Positions 10,474 to 20,182 are shown, counted from the first letter of the stretch. The stretch is DNA of 64,000 bases from Bacteroidia bacterium (GCA_965279035.1 OZ257142.1:1456580-1520579); one strand, 5' to 3'. A program made the numbers and translations. Notes: a model not told the origin generated them from the sequence alone.

Positions 10474-10539
10474 CTGAAGAGAAAGTGATATTGAATGAGT
10501 TCTGGTTGTTCTCCATTCAATGTATTTCTTTCTCTTCAG
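10474..10539. promoter_or_regulatory. Long imperfect hairpin in an intergenic region
   Basis: Perfect 12-bp outer stem CTGAAGAGAAAG (10474-10485) / CTTTCTCTTCAG (10528-10539), plus an inner 7-bp stem TTGAATG / CATTCAA. Confidence 0.4.
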
Positions 10540-10650
10540 CAAGGTTTGCAATTTTTTCCAGCTGGCATTATTCTTGCTAAGCCCGCCGCTGCATTTTAAA
10601 AGCTACTTTTTCAAAACCATATCGGTATTAAAAAAGTTTACATTTGCCCC

Positions 10651-10998
10651 ATGAATTTCAGGTTGTTGCGGACAAGTCTGTTTCTCACTACATTCTTTTT
10701 ATTACGATTTGGCTTTATTCAAGCCGGAGGATATTTTCATCCTACCAATGTCCCTGTTCAATCTATTCATGCAGCACAGCCTCTTTCGCACGATATTGTT
10801 TGTCTTCCGATTGAAATTACCGAGGACAATGAAATAACCGAAGCGCGCAAACGGGTTTTATCAGGTCATCAAGCTATATTATTAGCTTTTGAGTTATTTA
10901 TTTCAACTCAAAATTTATTTGTTCGTTCAGTTCAACTCAACAACCCAGAAATTCCAGCATTTCCTAAATGGTTGTTGTTACGTGTTTTTCGAATTTGA
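10651..10998 (+). CDS. Hypothetical protein with an N-terminal hydrophobic (signal-like) segment
   Basis: ORF only. N-terminus MNFRLLRTSLFLTTFFLLRFGFIQAGG. No recognised family. Confidence 0.35.
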   Translation: MNFRLLRTSLFLTTFFLLRFGFIQAGGYFHPTNVPVQSIHAAQPLSHDIVCLPIEITEDNEITEARKRVLSGHQAILLAFELFISTQNLFVRSVQLNNPEIPAFPKWLLLRVFRI

Positions 10999-11195
10999 AA
11001 ACACCTCGATCATACTGATCTAATTTCTATTTTTCCCAGTATTGGCGACTCATGTGGAATTCTTATTTCCAATTTCATGAGTATGATTGATTTCCTCTAA
11101 ATCATTTCCAATTCAATACTGATCATTCAGCCTTTCAGGCAATCCCTTTTCATTATTCATCCCGATACTTTTTCGGGTTTTAAATAAAAGTACCC

Positions 11196-12899
11196 ATGGA
11201 TTCAACTTCATTGAAAAAATCTAATTCTATTTTCTCCACCTTGAAACAGTATTGGAAATCTGATTTATTATCTGGATTCCTTGTTTCACTTATTGCGCTT
11301 CCTTTGTGTTTAGGAATCGCAGGAGCCTCAAATTTCCCACCTATTATGGGTGTATTGACTGCCATTGTTGGTGGTATTATTGTCGCATTTTTTGCAGGTT
11401 CAGAATTAACAATTAAAGGTCCAGCAGCTGGATTAATTGTTATCTGTGCTGGATGTGTTGACGAATTAGGAAACGCAGCAGCCAAACTCGGACTTAATTT
11501 AGGCTATGATCCAGCAACACTTGTCAAAGCAGCTGCTGAAATGAAAATGCCTGTTGAACAATTTTTAGGCTGGCACCTTACCTTAGGAGTTGTTCTTGTT
11601 GCTGGTGTTCTTCAATTCATTTTAGGAAAATTAAAAGTAGCTAGCCTCGCAGATTTCTTCCCTCTTTCTGCTGTTCACGGAATGCTTGCTGCAATTGGAA
11701 TTATCATTATGTCGAAACAATTGCACCTTGCAGTTGGAATTATGCCCTCTGAATTAAAGGGAAAAGAACCATTGGAATTACTTATGATGGTTCCTCATAG
11801 CTTAATGAATATGGAATGGCACATAGCTGCTATTGGTGGAGTTGGTTTAATCATACTATTTAGTTGGAAATACATCGGAAAAGGTTTCTTGAAAAAAGTT
11901 CCTCCTGCGCTTGTAGTTTTGGTTGTGGCAGTTATTATGGGACAGTTTTTTCATCTTTATGATCCAATCTATCAAGCAAGAAAACCACTTGTAAATCCGG
12001 GTGATTTCAAAATCAATTTGAATGTTGATTTTAGTGGACTATTAAATCCAGAATTGATTGCAATTTTTCTCAAGTATTTGTTAATGTTCACCTTGATTGG
12101 ATCTTTAGAATCACTTCTCACTGGAAAAGCAATCGATTTATTAGATCCTCATAAAGTGAAGTCTGACTTAAGTAAAGATCTATCGGCTGTTGGTATTGGC
12201 AATGCTGTTTCTGGATTACTTGGAGGATTACCAATGATCTCCGAAGTAGCACGTAGTTCGGCCAATATCAGTAATGGAGGTAGAAGTCGTTGGGCTAATT
12301 TCTTTCATGCTCTTTTCCTTTTGCTTTTTGTTGTTGCATTAGTGCCTTTGATTAAAATGGTTCCTGTTGCCGCTCTTTCGGCCATGCTCATCTTTGTTGG
12401 TTTCCGTTTAGCTTCTCCTAAAGAATTCGAACATGTTTTTCATGTTGGGAAAGAACAGCTTATCATTTTCATCTCAACCATTATCGCAACACTTCTTACC
12501 GATTTGTTGATTGGAATTGCAGTTGGTATTATTGTGAAATTCATCATTCACTCAATTAATGGTGTGCCGGCTTCCAGCTTCTTTAAGCCTTTTCTCACCA
12601 TGCATGTGGATGAAGTCAATGGGATTTATTCAATTGAAGTTCAAAAATCAGCGATCTTCAGTAATTTCCTAGGTTTCAAAAAACAATTAGAGAGAATTCC
12701 TGCTGGAAAACACATCATCATCAACTTTGAACAAACGCGTTTAGTCGACCACAGTGTGATGGAAAATCTGCACAATTTCGAAAATGCCTATGTGCGTGGT
12801 GGTGGAACTTTCGTAATTACTGGTCTTGATGGACATACACCGCTTTCGAAACATGCTTTAGCTTCACGTAAAAAAGCTGCTTTTAAAACTGTAATCTAG
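11196..12899 (+). CDS. SulP-family anion transporter with C-terminal STAS domain (BicA-like bicarbonate/sulfate permease)
   Basis: 567 aa, polytopic. SulP-type N-terminus (DLLSGFLVSLIALPLCLGIAGASNFPPIMGVLTAIVGG) and a C-terminal STAS-like region (IINFEQTRLVDHSVMENL). Confidence 0.9.
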   Translation: MDSTSLKKSNSIFSTLKQYWKSDLLSGFLVSLIALPLCLGIAGASNFPPIMGVLTAIVGGIIVAFFAGSELTIKGPAAGLIVICAGCVDELGNAAAKLGLNLGYDPATLVKAAAEMKMPVEQFLGWHLTLGVVLVAGVLQFILGKLKVASLADFFPLSAVHGMLAAIGIIIMSKQLHLAVGIMPSELKGKEPLELLMMVPHSLMNMEWHIAAIGGVGLIILFSWKYIGKGFLKKVPPALVVLVVAVIMGQFFHLYDPIYQARKPLVNPGDFKINLNVDFSGLLNPELIAIFLKYLLMFTLIGSLESLLTGKAIDLLDPHKVKSDLSKDLSAVGIGNAVSGLLGGLPMISEVARSSANISNGGRSRWANFFHALFLLLFVVALVPLIKMVPVAALSAMLIFVGFRLASPKEFEHVFHVGKEQLIIFISTIIATLLTDLLIGIAVGIIVKFIIHSINGVPASSFFKPFLTMHVDEVNGIYSIEVQKSAIFSNFLGFKKQLERIPAGKHIIINFEQTRLVDHSVMENLHNFENAYVRGGGTFVITGLDGHTPLSKHALASRKKAAFKTVI

Positions 12900-12907
12900 A
12901 AATAATC

Positions 12908-14239
12908 ATGAAAAAATTTCTTTTTCTCTTGTCTGCAATTGTGTGGACGGTTTCGGTTATGGGGCAAATGGATCCTTCGAATGGAACCGGAAGCACATTA
13001 AAGCTGAATGAAGATGGTAGTCATTACCTGAAGTTTACATTAACCAATCAAGTTTGGGCACGCTATAATCAAAGTAATCCAGGTACTACGGTAGAAGGAA
13101 CACCGAAATCAGAAACATTCGACATAGGAATACGCCGTAGCCGGATTCAAATGTATGGTGCTATAAATAAACGCTCTTTTATTTATGTTCAAATGGGGAT
13201 GAATAATTTCAATCACCTGAGCGACCGAAAAGTAGGTTTCTTTTTTCACGATGCTATTGCTGAATATTCTATTGTAAAGGATAAGTTGAGCATCGGTGGT
13301 GGCTTAACCAATTGGGTTGGACTTTCTCGCTTATCCAATGCAAGTGTTGTTACTTTCCTGCCTATGGATAGCCCTATTTTTCCTTTTGCAACAATCGATG
13401 CAACGGATCAATTTAATCGTAAACTCAGTTTATATGCAAAGGGGAAACTCGGCAAGTTGGATTATCGCTTAGCTGTTACCGATCCAATGAATATTGAGAA
13501 ATCAACTTTGTACGATCCTACCAAAGCTATATCGTCCTATTCTTCCTTTGCTCCCGGAGCTGCGAATAAGCAATTTCAAGGGTATTTAATGTGGCAATTT
13601 TGGGATCAAGAAAGTAATCTAACTCCCTATACCGTTGGTTCTTATTTAGGAGCAAAACGAGTGTTTAATATTGGAGCTGGTTATATTTTCCAACATAATG
13701 CGATGTGGAGAAAAACAGGGCCTTCTGATACAGTGAAAACCGATATGGCTCTTTTAGGTGGCGATGTTTTTTTAGATATGCCATTACGCAAAGAAGCTGG
13801 TGATGCAATTACTGCTTATGCTTCGGTATACAGCAATAACTACGGAACGGGCTATTTAAGAAACAATGGGGTAATGAATCCTGCAACGGGAACTGTAGCT
13901 TCTCAAGCATCATTTAATGGAGCTGGAAATGCATTTCCGTTATTTGGAACCGGAACAGTCTACTATACTCAAATAGGATATCTGTTAGGAAAAGGTTGGA
14001 CTAATCCAGAAAAACTGCGTATTCAACCCTATTTTTGTTACATGCTGGGCGATTATAGTCGTTTAAGCAAACCGATGCAAATGACCAATGCGGGTATTAA
14101 TTTCTTCCTCAATAACCACAACACGAAAATCACACTCGACTGGCAACAACGTCCCATTTACATGAATGCGGTATCAGGACCTTTACCATTTAATGGCAGG
14201 AGAAATTGTGTTACGCTTCAATTTCAAGTGGCTATTTAA
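12908..14239 (+). CDS. Putative outer-membrane beta-barrel porin
   Basis: Signal peptide MKKFLFLLSAIVWTVSVMGQ. Alternating beta-strand pattern throughout and a C-terminal aromatic-rich strand (VTLQFQVAI). Starts 9 nt after SulP. Resemblance to OprO/P-type porins is from memory only. Confidence 0.55.
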   Translation: MKKFLFLLSAIVWTVSVMGQMDPSNGTGSTLKLNEDGSHYLKFTLTNQVWARYNQSNPGTTVEGTPKSETFDIGIRRSRIQMYGAINKRSFIYVQMGMNNFNHLSDRKVGFFFHDAIAEYSIVKDKLSIGGGLTNWVGLSRLSNASVVTFLPMDSPIFPFATIDATDQFNRKLSLYAKGKLGKLDYRLAVTDPMNIEKSTLYDPTKAISSYSSFAPGAANKQFQGYLMWQFWDQESNLTPYTVGSYLGAKRVFNIGAGYIFQHNAMWRKTGPSDTVKTDMALLGGDVFLDMPLRKEAGDAITAYASVYSNNYGTGYLRNNGVMNPATGTVASQASFNGAGNAFPLFGTGTVYYTQIGYLLGKGWTNPEKLRIQPYFCYMLGDYSRLSKPMQMTNAGINFFLNNHNTKITLDWQQRPIYMNAVSGPLPFNGRRNCVTLQFQVAI

Positions 14240-14263
14240 TTCAATGATTTGATTTCAATTCCA

Positions 14264-16759
14264 ATGAAAAAAGAATATTCTTCATTCGATGAGCACCGGG
14301 TGCTTCACGATTTGAAGCATTACTTGCCCGCTCAGGCACCGCTTAAAGATTTCATCCACCACAATACCTTGCATGCATTTCAAGACCGCAAATTCCACGC
14401 GGCTATTCGAAGTGCATCCGAAATGTTTGGTTACCGAGTTTCCCTTAAACTGGAAGAGTACCATGAGCTTTATTCACAAAAACAAGTACGAGAAGACGTT
14501 CTTGAACATGTGATTGCTCGTCGTATGGGTGAATCGAATGTTCAAAAATGGAAAGATCGTATGCTAAATAAAGAGTACGATACAACTGTTTCTCCTCGTA
14601 TTGGTAAGTTGCGCGCCAATTGGAAAAAACAATTTCAGATTGATCTCGACTCCCAAGTTCATCCAACGCTCTTTCGAATTCTTTGCAGCTATCTAGATCA
14701 GGGGATTTCAATGTGGCATTTTCCTGTGTGGGATAAAGGATTCCTTTCCTCTATTCGGGAAATTGAACGAAACAGCTACACCAGTTTTTTCAAAACATCA
14801 CGTGCCAGAGATATACTCATGAAAGGGCATTGCTCGGTGAAGCATTTACTGGATATACTCGTGGGTGATGAATCTCTGTATGAACAATATCTTTTCGACC
14901 AACAGTTCGCTCATCAAGGATGGTCGGGAATGGTATCGGCTGTAGAAACGGATCCAGGAACCTTATTAGATCACAAGAAAATCTCTCTTCATGATCTAAT
15001 CATCTTCGAATTGATGATGGAGATTGATACGATTGATCAACATTTTGGTGAGAAATGGGAACCTCTCGCTAAAAAACTACAAGGCGATACTGTTGATTTA
15101 TTTGCTTCCGTTCCTGACTCTGAACTCAGCGAGGTCTTTATTCTTTGGCAAGAAGCTTTCGAATGGACTTATTATGATGAAGTATTGAAGGGTATTGAAC
15201 TTCAATCATTCAAACCAGAGAAAATAAAACCGCATAGTTTCCAAGCATTTTTCTGTATTGATGATCGGGAATGTTCTATTCGCAGACACCTTGAACATGC
15301 CGATCCAGAATGTGAAACGTTTGGTACTCCGGGATTTTTCGGTGTTGAATTTTATTACAAACCAGAACATGGAAGGTTTCACACCAAACTTTGTCCTGCT
15401 CCAGTAACTCCAAAATACTTAATTAAGGAAATTGGAAGTAGCACTAAACGTGAAAAAGATGCGCATTTCACCAAACGTAGTCATGGACTTTTTCAAGGTT
15501 GGCTTATCTCTCAAACGCTTGGATTTTGGTCGGCATTTCGACTGTTTCTGAATTTATTCAAACCGACAATGAGTCCTGCAACAGCAACCTCATTAAGGCA
15601 CATGGATAAATTCTCGCAACTAACAATCGAAAATAAAAGTCTCGATGACAAAGAAGGGAATCTTCAAATTGGATATACTATTCCTGAGATGATTCAACGT
15701 GTTGAGGGGCTTTTAAAGAGCACTGGTTTGGTTGAGCATTTTGCACCCATTGTTTATGTTGTGAGTCATGGTTCGAGTAGTGTGAACAATCCTCATTATG
15801 CAGCTTACGATTGCGGCGCATGTTCTGGTCGTCCGGGTTCTGTCAATGCACGCGTGATCTGTTATATGGCGAATCATCCGAAAGTGAGGGAAGAACTACG
15901 TAACCGAGGAATTCTGATTCCAGAAACAACTCAGTTCATAGGTGCATTGCATGATACAACGCGTGATGAAGTAGTATTCTATGATGAAAATTCGTTGAAT
16001 CCAGAAAATGCTGCAAATCATCCAAAACATGTTAAAGCATTTGAAAAAGCCTTAGATGAAAATTCAAAAGAACGTTCAAGACGTTTAGTATCAATTGATA
16101 CTCATTTGAGTCCATCTAAAATTCATGAGAAGATAAGGACTCGTTCTGTTTCGCTTTTTGAACCTCGTCCAGAATTGAATCATGCTACCAATGCCTTATG
16201 TGTTGTTGGAAGGCGAGAATTAAGCAAAGGTTTATTCCTCGACAGGAGATCTTTCATGAATTCTTATGATTATCGGGTTGATCCAGAAGGGAAATACTTG
16301 CTCAACATTCTCAATGCTGCTGCTCCTGTTTGTGGTGGAATTAATTTGGAATATTATTTTTCCCGTGTTGATAATCAGAAACTGGGTGCTGGTACAAAGC
16401 TTCCTCATAATGTAATGGGATTGTTTGGTGTTGCCAATGGAATTGATGGTGATTTACGTCCAGGACTTCCTTCTCAAATGATTGAAGTTCATGACCCTAT
16501 TCGTTTATTGGTGATTGTAGAACATTTTCCAGAGGTTGTTTTGAAAACCATTAAAACAAATCCAGCTACCTATGAATGGTTTGCAAATGAATGGGTGCAT
16601 TTGGTTGTCGTGAATCCACAAACAAACAAATTGTTTTTGTTTGGAGCAGGTAAATTCGAACCTTATCAAACAGTTACAAACGCACTTCGTAGTTCGTCCG
16701 ACTTAACTCCTGTATTTGAAACTCACGAAGAAAATCTTCCGGTTTATCTTATTCCATAA
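14264..16759 (+). CDS. dabA: DabA (DUF2309/UPF0753), beta-carbonic-anhydrase-like subunit of the DAB inorganic-carbon pump
   Basis: N-terminus LPAQAPLKDFIHHNTLHAFQ is typical of DUF2309. Candidate Zn ligands are FFCIDDRE (Cys codon 15254-15256, Asp 15260-15262), VSHGS (His 15767-15769) and YDCGAC (Cys 15812-15814). Start moved to MKKEYSS. Confidence 0.85.
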   Translation: MKKEYSSFDEHRVLHDLKHYLPAQAPLKDFIHHNTLHAFQDRKFHAAIRSASEMFGYRVSLKLEEYHELYSQKQVREDVLEHVIARRMGESNVQKWKDRMLNKEYDTTVSPRIGKLRANWKKQFQIDLDSQVHPTLFRILCSYLDQGISMWHFPVWDKGFLSSIREIERNSYTSFFKTSRARDILMKGHCSVKHLLDILVGDESLYEQYLFDQQFAHQGWSGMVSAVETDPGTLLDHKKISLHDLIIFELMMEIDTIDQHFGEKWEPLAKKLQGDTVDLFASVPDSELSEVFILWQEAFEWTYYDEVLKGIELQSFKPEKIKPHSFQAFFCIDDRECSIRRHLEHADPECETFGTPGFFGVEFYYKPEHGRFHTKLCPAPVTPKYLIKEIGSSTKREKDAHFTKRSHGLFQGWLISQTLGFWSAFRLFLNLFKPTMSPATATSLRHMDKFSQLTIENKSLDDKEGNLQIGYTIPEMIQRVEGLLKSTGLVEHFAPIVYVVSHGSSSVNNPHYAAYDCGACSGRPGSVNARVICYMANHPKVREELRNRGILIPETTQFIGALHDTTRDEVVFYDENSLNPENAANHPKHVKAFEKALDENSKERSRRLVSIDTHLSPSKIHEKIRTRSVSLFEPRPELNHATNALCVVGRRELSKGLFLDRRSFMNSYDYRVDPEGKYLLNILNAAAPVCGGINLEYYFSRVDNQKLGAGTKLPHNVMGLFGVANGIDGDLRPGLPSQMIEVHDPIRLLVIVEHFPEVVLKTIKTNPATYEWFANEWVHLVVVNPQTNKLFLFGAGKFEPYQTVTNALRSSSDLTPVFETHEENLPVYLIP

Positions 16760-16767
16760 TCTTTGTC

Positions 16768-18636
16768 ATGATCGCCTTTTTGCATATTTTAATCTATATC
16801 CCTTTGCTGGGATTTTTAATAAGTCTGTGCCTTCCTGATAAAAACGAAACCCTCATTTCGAGGACAGCATTTTTTACTGTTGGATTGCATTTACTTGTTT
16901 TACTAGTATTTCTTGGAGTTTGGCTTTTGGGAGGACATCCTCGATTAAATATTCGTGATGTTGTTCTATACAGTGCCGAAGATTATGAATTCTATTTGGA
17001 TTTCAGTTTCGATCGGATTACTGCTGTTTATTTGTTTGTAGGTGCTTTGCTCACCTTTATGGTAACGATTTATAGTCGGTATTATCTGCATCGTGAAAAA
17101 GGATACAAGCGTTTTTTCAATACCACCTTGTTCTTTTATCTCGGGTATAATTTGACCATTCTTTCGGGCAATCTCGAAACACTTTTCATTGGTTGGGAAA
17201 TGCTCGGTATTTCTTCATTTCTGTTGATTGCATTTTACCGCGATCGCTACTTGCCAGTGAAGAATGCAGTGAAAGTATTTTCTATTTACCGAATTGGTGA
17301 TGTGGGAATTATTTTAGCCATGTGGATGACGCATCATCTCTGGCATGAGAACATCACCTTTGCCAAATTGAGCGATTCTCACATGGTAAGTGAGCACCTT
17401 CAACAACATAGCTGGATTGGAGTGTTAATTTCTCTCGCTTTCTTATTGACTGCAGCTGCTAAATCAGCCCAATTACCATTTTCGTCTTGGTTGCCGCGTG
17501 CTATGGAAGGACCAACTCCTTCGAGTGCAATCTTTTATGGATCGCTTTCGGTTCATCTCGGTGTGTTTTTGCTTTTGAGAACATTCCCGTTTTGGGAACA
17601 TCAGTTTTCAGTTAGGATTTTAATCGCCCTTTTAGGATTATCTACCAGCATTGTCGCCTCTTTAGTAGCTCGAGTCCAGTCCTCTGTGAAGAGCCAAATT
17701 GCCTATTCCTCGATCGCCCAAATTGGACTTATCTTTATTGAAATTGCTGCTGGTTTTGAGAATCTAGCATTGTTCCATTTTGCTGGAAATGCCTTTTTAA
17801 GAACGTATCAATTATTGGTTTCTCCTTCTGTTGTGAGTTACTTAATACGCGAGCAGTTTTACAATTTCATTCCTAAAAAACATACGTTCGAAGACAGCCT
17901 TCCTAAAAAGATCGAATACTCGCTCTATGTTCTTAGTTTGAAAGAATGGAATCTCGATTCGTTCATGTATCGTCGACTTTGGAATCCCTTGAAAATGATT
18001 GGTAAAAAACTCGATTTCATGAATGTGAAAAGGGTGGTTGTTTTCTTTGTAATCGTTTATGGTATTGGATTGTACATCGTTTACCATCGTGATTTGCTTT
18101 CAGAAAATGTACAACATTATCTTCCATTAGTTTTCTCGTTCATTGGAGTTATCATGGTGATAAAGTCTTTCTCCGAAAGGATAAAAGTCAAGCTGAGCTG
18201 GTTACTTATAATAATGAATCACTTTTGGGTTGCCTTAGCCATTTCATTTAACGAGAATTTCAAATTCGAGCAAATTCACTTGTATTTAAGTGGTGTTGTG
18301 GTGATGGGTTTTGTTGGATACCTCTGTTTAAGACGACTCAAAAAACTAGAACACAGTATCGACTTAGACCAATTTCACGGACATTCTTATAAGCATCCGA
18401 AAATTGCCTTTGTATTTTTGATTGCCTGTTTGGGATTGACTGGTTTCCCTATCACACCAACGTTTTTAGGTGAAGATTTAATCTTTTCTCACATTCATTC
18501 CGATCAATTCTTATTGGCTACATTCACTTCATTGAGTTTTGTTGTAGACGGATTATCCATTATTCGAATTTTCGCTCGTGTGTTTTTGGGACCACATTCT
18601 AAATCTCCAACCGAGATGGCTTATCGTTCATCCTAA
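16768..18636 (+). CDS. dabB: DabB, NuoL/MnhA-like proton-conducting membrane subunit
   Basis: 622 aa, polytopic. NuoL-type motifs (GWEMLGISSFLLIAFY, AAAKSAQLPFSSWLPRAMEGPTPSSA). Starts 9 nt after dabA. Confidence 0.85.
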   Translation: MIAFLHILIYIPLLGFLISLCLPDKNETLISRTAFFTVGLHLLVLLVFLGVWLLGGHPRLNIRDVVLYSAEDYEFYLDFSFDRITAVYLFVGALLTFMVTIYSRYYLHREKGYKRFFNTTLFFYLGYNLTILSGNLETLFIGWEMLGISSFLLIAFYRDRYLPVKNAVKVFSIYRIGDVGIILAMWMTHHLWHENITFAKLSDSHMVSEHLQQHSWIGVLISLAFLLTAAAKSAQLPFSSWLPRAMEGPTPSSAIFYGSLSVHLGVFLLLRTFPFWEHQFSVRILIALLGLSTSIVASLVARVQSSVKSQIAYSSIAQIGLIFIEIAAGFENLALFHFAGNAFLRTYQLLVSPSVVSYLIREQFYNFIPKKHTFEDSLPKKIEYSLYVLSLKEWNLDSFMYRRLWNPLKMIGKKLDFMNVKRVVVFFVIVYGIGLYIVYHRDLLSENVQHYLPLVFSFIGVIMVIKSFSERIKVKLSWLLIIMNHFWVALAISFNENFKFEQIHLYLSGVVVMGFVGYLCLRRLKKLEHSIDLDQFHGHSYKHPKIAFVFLIACLGLTGFPITPTFLGEDLIFSHIHSDQFLLATFTSLSFVVDGLSIIRIFARVFLGPHSKSPTEMAYRSS

Positions 18637-18664
18637 ATCAGTAGCATTGATTAACATGATAGCG

Positions 18665-18690
18665 CCCCGGATTTAAATCCGGGGTTTTTT
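18665..18690 (+). terminator. Rho-independent terminator of the SulP-porin-dabAB operon
   Basis: CCCCGG-atttaaat-CCGGGG followed by TTTTTT, 29 nt after the dabB stop. Confidence 0.8.
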
Positions 18691-18715
18691 AATTTTGTGC
18701 CGAATTCCCAAAGCA

Positions 18716-19954
18716 ATGACACAAACTAAAATGGAGCTGATGGCACCAGTTGGTTCATATGAATCACTCATGGCTGCTATTCAGGCGGGCGCAAACTCGG
18801 TGTATTTCGGGGTAGAGCAATTGAACATGCGTACCCGCTCTTCAATCAATTTTACGTTAGAAGATTTAGCAGAAATAACACGTATCTGCTCAGAAAATTC
18901 GGTTAAAACTTATCTTACTATTAACACCATTATCTACGATCATGACATCTCCTTGATGAAAAAGATTGTAGATGCTGCGTTTGCCAACAACATCTCGGCA
19001 GTTATTGCATCCGATCATGCGGTGATGAATTATGCTAAGAAAATTGGTATGCGGGTGCATATTTCTACGCAAGCCAATGTGACCAATATCGATACAATTG
19101 AGTTTTATTCGGCCTATGCTAATGTGATGGTTTTAGCGCGTGAGTTAGGTTTGATGCAAGTGGAAGCTATCAGTAAAGAAATTGCTCGTCGTGATGTGCG
19201 CGGCCCTTCGGGTGATTTAGTGAAAATTGAAATTTTTGGTCATGGTGCTTTATGCATGGCAGTTTCAGGTAAATGTTATTTGAGCTTGCACTCGAATTTC
19301 GCTTCCGCCAATCGTGGCGCCTGTTTGCAAAACTGCCGTCATGCCTATGTGGTGACAGATAAAGAAACAGGTAACGAACTGGAAATCGACAACGAATACA
19401 TCATGTCGGCTAAGGATTTATGCACGATTGGATTCCTAGATAAAGTGATGGAATCAGGAGTAAGTGTGTTAAAAATCGAAGGTCGTGGGCGAAGTGCCGA
19501 TTATGTGCATACCGTTATTAGCTGTTATCGTGAGGCGATCGACTCAATTTATGAAGGCACTTATTCGCGTGAAAAAGTGGAAGCTTGGACCAATCGATTG
19601 GCAACAGTTTATAATCGTGGATTTTGGGATGGCTATTATTTAGGTCGAACTATGGGAGAGTGGAACGATGAATATGGATCGAAAGCAACTAAGCGCAAAA
19701 TCTTTATTGGTAAGGGTTTGAAGTATTATGATGCAGTAAAAGTGGGCGAGTTCCAATTGGAATCACATTCCTTAGAAGTGGGCGATGAAATATTGATTAC
19801 TGGTCCAACTACCGGTGTAATTCAACAGATAGTTGAAGAGTTGAGGTTGGATAATGTGAAAACTGATAAAGTGAAGAAAGGCGATGTGTTCTCTGTTTCG
19901 GTAGATGCTAAAGTTCGTCCTTCGGATAAATTGTATAAAATAGTAGATGCCTGA
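18716..19954 (+). CDS. U32-family protein with a 4-Cys Fe-S motif (TrhP/RlhA/UbiU-like hydroxylase candidate; historically called collagenase-like peptidase)
   Basis: MELMAPVGSYESLMAAIQAGANSVYFG is a U32 N-terminus. CMAVSGKC-x15-CLQNC equals CX6CX15CX3C (19253-19336). Confidence 0.8.
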   Translation: MTQTKMELMAPVGSYESLMAAIQAGANSVYFGVEQLNMRTRSSINFTLEDLAEITRICSENSVKTYLTINTIIYDHDISLMKKIVDAAFANNISAVIASDHAVMNYAKKIGMRVHISTQANVTNIDTIEFYSAYANVMVLARELGLMQVEAISKEIARRDVRGPSGDLVKIEIFGHGALCMAVSGKCYLSLHSNFASANRGACLQNCRHAYVVTDKETGNELEIDNEYIMSAKDLCTIGFLDKVMESGVSVLKIEGRGRSADYVHTVISCYREAIDSIYEGTYSREKVEAWTNRLATVYNRGFWDGYYLGRTMGEWNDEYGSKATKRKIFIGKGLKYYDAVKVGEFQLESHSLEVGDEILITGPTTGVIQQIVEELRLDNVKTDKVKKGDVFSVSVDAKVRPSDKLYKIVDA

Positions 19955-20181
19955 TGGTACGTATCACGCAGCAGCGTATTAAATGCATTGGATGTAATGC
20001 CTGTGTAGAAGTCGCAAAATACCGTTGGCGCTTATCAACCAAAGATGGAAAATGTACCTTAATTGGTGGTGTGGAGAAGAAAGGTTGGTTCTCAGTTTTA
20101 GTGGGTGATGATGAATTGGAATTGAACCAATTAGCTGCACGAAATTGTCCGGTAAATATTATACGCGTTGAACAGGTTTAA
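19954..20181 (+). CDS. Small ferredoxin-like protein (single Fe-S cluster motif)
   Basis: CIGCNAC (CX2CX2C) plus a distal NCP. The start ATG overlaps the U32 stop (TGATG). Confidence 0.55.
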   Translation: MVRITQQRIKCIGCNACVEVAKYRWRLSTKDGKCTLIGGVEKKGWFSVLVGDDELELNQLAARNCPVNIIRVEQV

Positions 20182-20182
20182 A

